Below are positions 24,500-27,535 of a stretch of 27,535 nucleotides of DNA, in pieces. Both the position numbers and the translations under genes were made by a program. Below the pieces are notes generated by a model that worked only from the letters and a program-made list of their open reading frames with translations, ran no database searches and was not told where the DNA came from. Position 1 is the stretch's first letter. Each line of letters begins with the position of its first letter. This DNA comes from Gemmatimonadota bacterium (lineage in GTDB: Bacteria > Gemmatimonadota > Gemmatimonadetes > Longimicrobiales > Gaopeijiaceae): the NCBI GenBank assembly GCA_039589315.1, contig JBDHHQ010000059.1, positions 1 to 27,535 of the forward strand. Reading direction: 5' to 3'.

Positions 24500-25185
24500 G
24501 CGACAAGGGCGATCGGGTCTACTCCGACCGGGAGGTGGCGCTGGTTCTCAAGCGCGCCTCGGAGCTCGAGGGTCGACGGGACACCGAAGGCGCTGGTGGT
24601 GGCCTGACGCTTTCCCAGCTCGAGGAGATCGCCCGGGAAGCGGGGCTGGATCCCGATCTCGTGGCGGAGGCCGCGCTCGAGCTGGACGCCAGGCGTCCCG
24701 AGCGGACTCGTTCCCTTCTGGGACCCCCGCCGGTCCACCGGGCCGCGGAGACCGTGTCGGGGCAGCCGACGGAAGAGAGTCTCCGTGAGCTCATCCAGGT
24801 CGTCGACCACCAGGTACCAGAGGATGGCATCGTCACGCAGGCGCTGGGGACGGTGCGGTGGACGGGACGCGGGAAGCTCTTGAGCACCCAGGTGTCGGTG
24901 GGGCCGTCCGGCGACCGAACCCGGATCCAGGTGACGCGACGGTTCCGCGAGCAGATTCGCCCCATGCTCCATGTTATCCCGGGCGTCTGGGGCTTGGTGG
25001 GAGGGATGGCGGTTGCGGCCGGCCTCGGGCTCTCGGGTGGCGTCGTGGCGGCCGTCGCCGCCGGCGGGACATTGCTGGGCGCCGGGATCGGACGCACGAT
25101 CTGGCATGTCCTTTCGGCCGGAAGCGACCGGGAAGTCAAGCGGCTCGTGCGGGAGCTCTCGCAGCGGGCCCGGACAGAGAGTTAG
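24496..25185 (+). CDS. Hypothetical membrane protein with N-terminal helical domain and two C-terminal TM helices
   Basis: ATGA overlap with the sulfatase stop. YSDREVALVLKRASELE...GLTLSQLEEIAREAGLDP..VAEAA; Gly/Ala-rich TM pair. Confidence 0.8.
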   Translation: MSDKGDRVYSDREVALVLKRASELEGRRDTEGAGGGLTLSQLEEIAREAGLDPDLVAEAALELDARRPERTRSLLGPPPVHRAAETVSGQPTEESLRELIQVVDHQVPEDGIVTQALGTVRWTGRGKLLSTQVSVGPSGDRTRIQVTRRFREQIRPMLHVIPGVWGLVGGMAVAAGLGLSGGVVAAVAAGGTLLGAGIGRTIWHVLSAGSDREVKRLVRELSQRARTES

Positions 25186-25248
25186 GGTCCCCGGGTTGAT
25201 CTCGCAGCTCTCGCCCGGCCACTATAGCTGCCGCGCTGTACGCCCTCT

Positions 25249-27534
25249 TCAGTCGGACCGCATCGCCACTACCGGATCCACCCGGGTCGCCTTCCGTGCC
25301 GGCAGATAGCTGGCCACGAGGCCGGTGACCGCCAGGACGCCGGCCACGCCCAGGAAGACCTTGGGATCGCGGGGGCTCACGGCGTACAGCTGGGAGGCGA
25401 TGACGCCGGCGCCTCCCAGGGCTACGAGCAATCCCAAGGCCAGTCCGAGGAGGGTAAGCCGCGCACCTTCCAGGAGCACTATGCCGCGGACGTCGGAGGC
25501 GCTGGCGCCGAGGGCCATGCGAATACCCACCTCCGCCCTACGCTGCTCTACGGCGTAAGCCAGCACCCCGTACACGCCGATCGAGGCGAGGGCCAGGGCC
25601 ACGAGCCCGAACAGCGTGAGGAGCAACATGCTGAAACGGTCCCGGGACATGGCGGTGTTCATCACGTCCTGCATGGTCTGGACGGTGCCCAGTGGCATGC
25701 TCGGGTCGATCTCGGCCAGGGCCTGGCGGGCTACGGGGACCAGCGCGGCCGGATCACCGGAGGACCTGAGCGTGACGTTCATACGACGGGTGGGCGCCTG
25801 GAGGTAGTTGTGGTAGATGCTGGGCTGCGGCCGGCTCTTGAGCCCGTCGTACTTGATGTCGGAGACGATGCCAACGATCTCCGATTCGTCCACAAGCACC
25901 GCGCCCAGCGGACCCCAGCGGTAGCCCTGATGCTGCAGCCGTTGGCCGATAGGGTCCGAATCGGGCCAGTAGCGGGCGGCCATGGCTTCGTTGATCACGG
26001 CCACGCCGGCCCCGTCCTCCACGTCCAGGGCCGTGAAGCCCCGGCCTCGGATCAGCGGCGTCCGCATGGCTTCGAAGAAGTCGGGAGTGACCTGCCGGAA
26101 GTTCGCGCGCAGCTCCTCGGGATCCTCGGTGGGGTAGTCCGCGATCCCGAAGATCGTATTGTAGTCGACGCGCTCGCCCAGGGGCAGCGACGAGCTGGCT
26201 CCCGCGGTCACGACGCCCGGCGCGTCAGCGAGCCGCCCCAGCAGAGCCTGGTAGAACCCATACACGTCCTGGTCGGTCTCTGCCTGGTCCGTGCTCAGAT
26301 CCAGCTCGAAGGTGAGCACACCACCCGTCTGGAACCCGGTGTCGATGGAGCGGAGCGAGGCGAAGCTCCGGATCAGAAGGCCCGCACCCACCACCAGCAC
26401 CAGCGCGAGGGCCATCTGACCGACCACGAACGTGGACTGGAGACGGACCTTGGACGCGCTGCGCGTGCCTCGGGCGCCTTCGCGAATGGCGCTGAACATG
26501 TCGCCCTTGAGGATCCGGGCGATGGGAGCGAGGCCGAACAGGAAGCCGGTCAACACGGTGGCGGCGAGTGTCACCAGCAGGACCGTCGGATCCAGGGAGA
26601 CCTCGGCGGTGCGAGGCAGTGAAGCGGGTGCGACGGAGCCGAGCGCCCTGATTCCCGCCCAGGCCAGGGCGAGACCCAGCACCGAGCCCATCGTGGCCAG
26701 GACCATGCTCTCCACGAGCAGCTGCTTCGCGATCCGTCCCCGTCCCGCGCCGAACGCCGTGCGCACAGCCATCTCACGGCTACGAACCTCGGCCCGGGAG
26801 AGGAGCAGGTTGGCGACGTTGGCGCAGGCGATCAGGAGGATGAGGCCGGTGGATCCCAGCAGGATCCAGAGGGCCGCTCGGGTGTCTCCCACGACCTCTT
26901 CGGTGAGGTACTGCATCGTGACGCCCCACCCGGCATCGGGCGGGTACGTCTCGCCCAGGCGTGCGGCTACCGTGCTCATGTCAGCCTGCGCCCGCTCGAG
27001 CGGAACGCCTTTCTCCAGCCGCCCTACCGCGCTCATCCAGCGGGCGTACCGGTTCTGGATGGACATGGGCCAGGTCATGTTGATCCAGATGTCGGCCTGT
27101 TCGGGGAAGGTGTGCTCGCCTCGCACGACCCCGATCACTTCGATGGGATCGCCGTCCATGTTGATGGTCTTGCCGACGATGGACGGGTCCGCTCCGAAGC
27201 GTGCCTCCCAGACGCCCTGGGAGAGGACGGCCACCCCCTCTGACCCGGGGCCGTTCTCGGGCCCGAAGACCCGTCCCAGCAAGGGGACGGCGCCCACAAC
27301 ATCGAAGAAGTTCTCCGTGGTGTAGACGGACGTCACCCGAGCGGGCGAGCCGTCATCCTGCGTGACGGCCTCGGGTGTGGGCCAGAAGGCGGCGAGGCCG
27401 GCGAACGTCGTGCTCATCTCGCGCCAGTCGCCGAAGTCCATGGGCGAGACGAAGTAGCGCTCCTGTCCTTCGTCACGGTTCTGCGTCCACAGGAGCACGA
27501 TCTCGTCGGGCTCCTCGAAGGGGAGCGGCTCCAT
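25249..27534 (-). CDS. Duplicated MacB/FtsX-type ABC permease (ADOP-like); 5' end lies beyond the window
   Basis: Two periplasmic + FtsX halves: LLIACANVANLLLSRA..R.REMAVRTAFGA, and GVYGVLAYAVEQRRAEVGIRMALGA...SYLPARKATRVDP. The ATG at 27534 looks internal (PLPFEEPD motif). Confidence 0.93.
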   Translation of the reverse strand: MEPLPFEEPDEIVLLWTQNRDEGQERYFVSPMDFGDWREMSTTFAGLAAFWPTPEAVTQDDGSPARVTSVYTTENFFDVVGAVPLLGRVFGPENGPGSEGVAVLSQGVWEARFGADPSIVGKTINMDGDPIEVIGVVRGEHTFPEQADIWINMTWPMSIQNRYARWMSAVGRLEKGVPLERAQADMSTVAARLGETYPPDAGWGVTMQYLTEEVVGDTRAALWILLGSTGLILLIACANVANLLLSRAEVRSREMAVRTAFGAGRGRIAKQLLVESMVLATMGSVLGLALAWAGIRALGSVAPASLPRTAEVSLDPTVLLVTLAATVLTGFLFGLAPIARILKGDMFSAIREGARGTRSASKVRLQSTFVVGQMALALVLVVGAGLLIRSFASLRSIDTGFQTGGVLTFELDLSTDQAETDQDVYGFYQALLGRLADAPGVVTAGASSSLPLGERVDYNTIFGIADYPTEDPEELRANFRQVTPDFFEAMRTPLIRGRGFTALDVEDGAGVAVINEAMAARYWPDSDPIGQRLQHQGYRWGPLGAVLVDESEIVGIVSDIKYDGLKSRPQPSIYHNYLQAPTRRMNVTLRSSGDPAALVPVARQALAEIDPSMPLGTVQTMQDVMNTAMSRDRFSMLLLTLFGLVALALASIGVYGVLAYAVEQRRAEVGIRMALGASASDVRGIVLLEGARLTLLGLALGLLVALGGAGVIASQLYAVSPRDPKVFLGVAGVLAVTGLVASYLPARKATRVDPVVAMRSD

Positions 27535-27535
27535 G

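Noticed and set aside
4177..27325. Long antisense or alternate-frame ORFs (4177..5742, 9256..10635, 13716..15050, 15936..17327, 21596..22990, 26432..27325 and others)
   Set aside because: No motifs, biased composition and overlap with well-supported genes; expected in high-GC DNA where stop codons are rare.

Overview
High-GC bacterial window of about 20 protein-coding genes. The gene repertoire (plug-only TonB protein, TolB-N/TPR membrane protein, duplicated MacB/FtsX permease) suggests a Gemmatimonadota-like organism, which is an inference. I found no rRNA, tRNA, CRISPR array or mobile element. Most genes encode hydrolases, many with export signals: type II-like asparaginase, GH109 glycosidase, two alpha/beta hydrolases, M19 dipeptidase, amidohydrolase-3, M28 peptidase and an S1 sulfatase. 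Also present are a Na+/solute symporter, a stand-alone BoxD/PaaZ-type aldehyde dehydrogenase and a small membrane protein + winged-helix regulator module with a clear operator. The left edge holds a di-heme cytochrome c peroxidase/MauG-family gene that the ORF track missed because it runs off the window. It has Lys at the position of the C-terminal heme axial ligand (Met in peroxidases, Tyr in MauG) and is tightly linked to an Ig-like lipoprotein and a barrel-less TonB-plug protein. This trio is the best candidate for an undescribed system. Family calls come from motif recognition by eye, with no database search.
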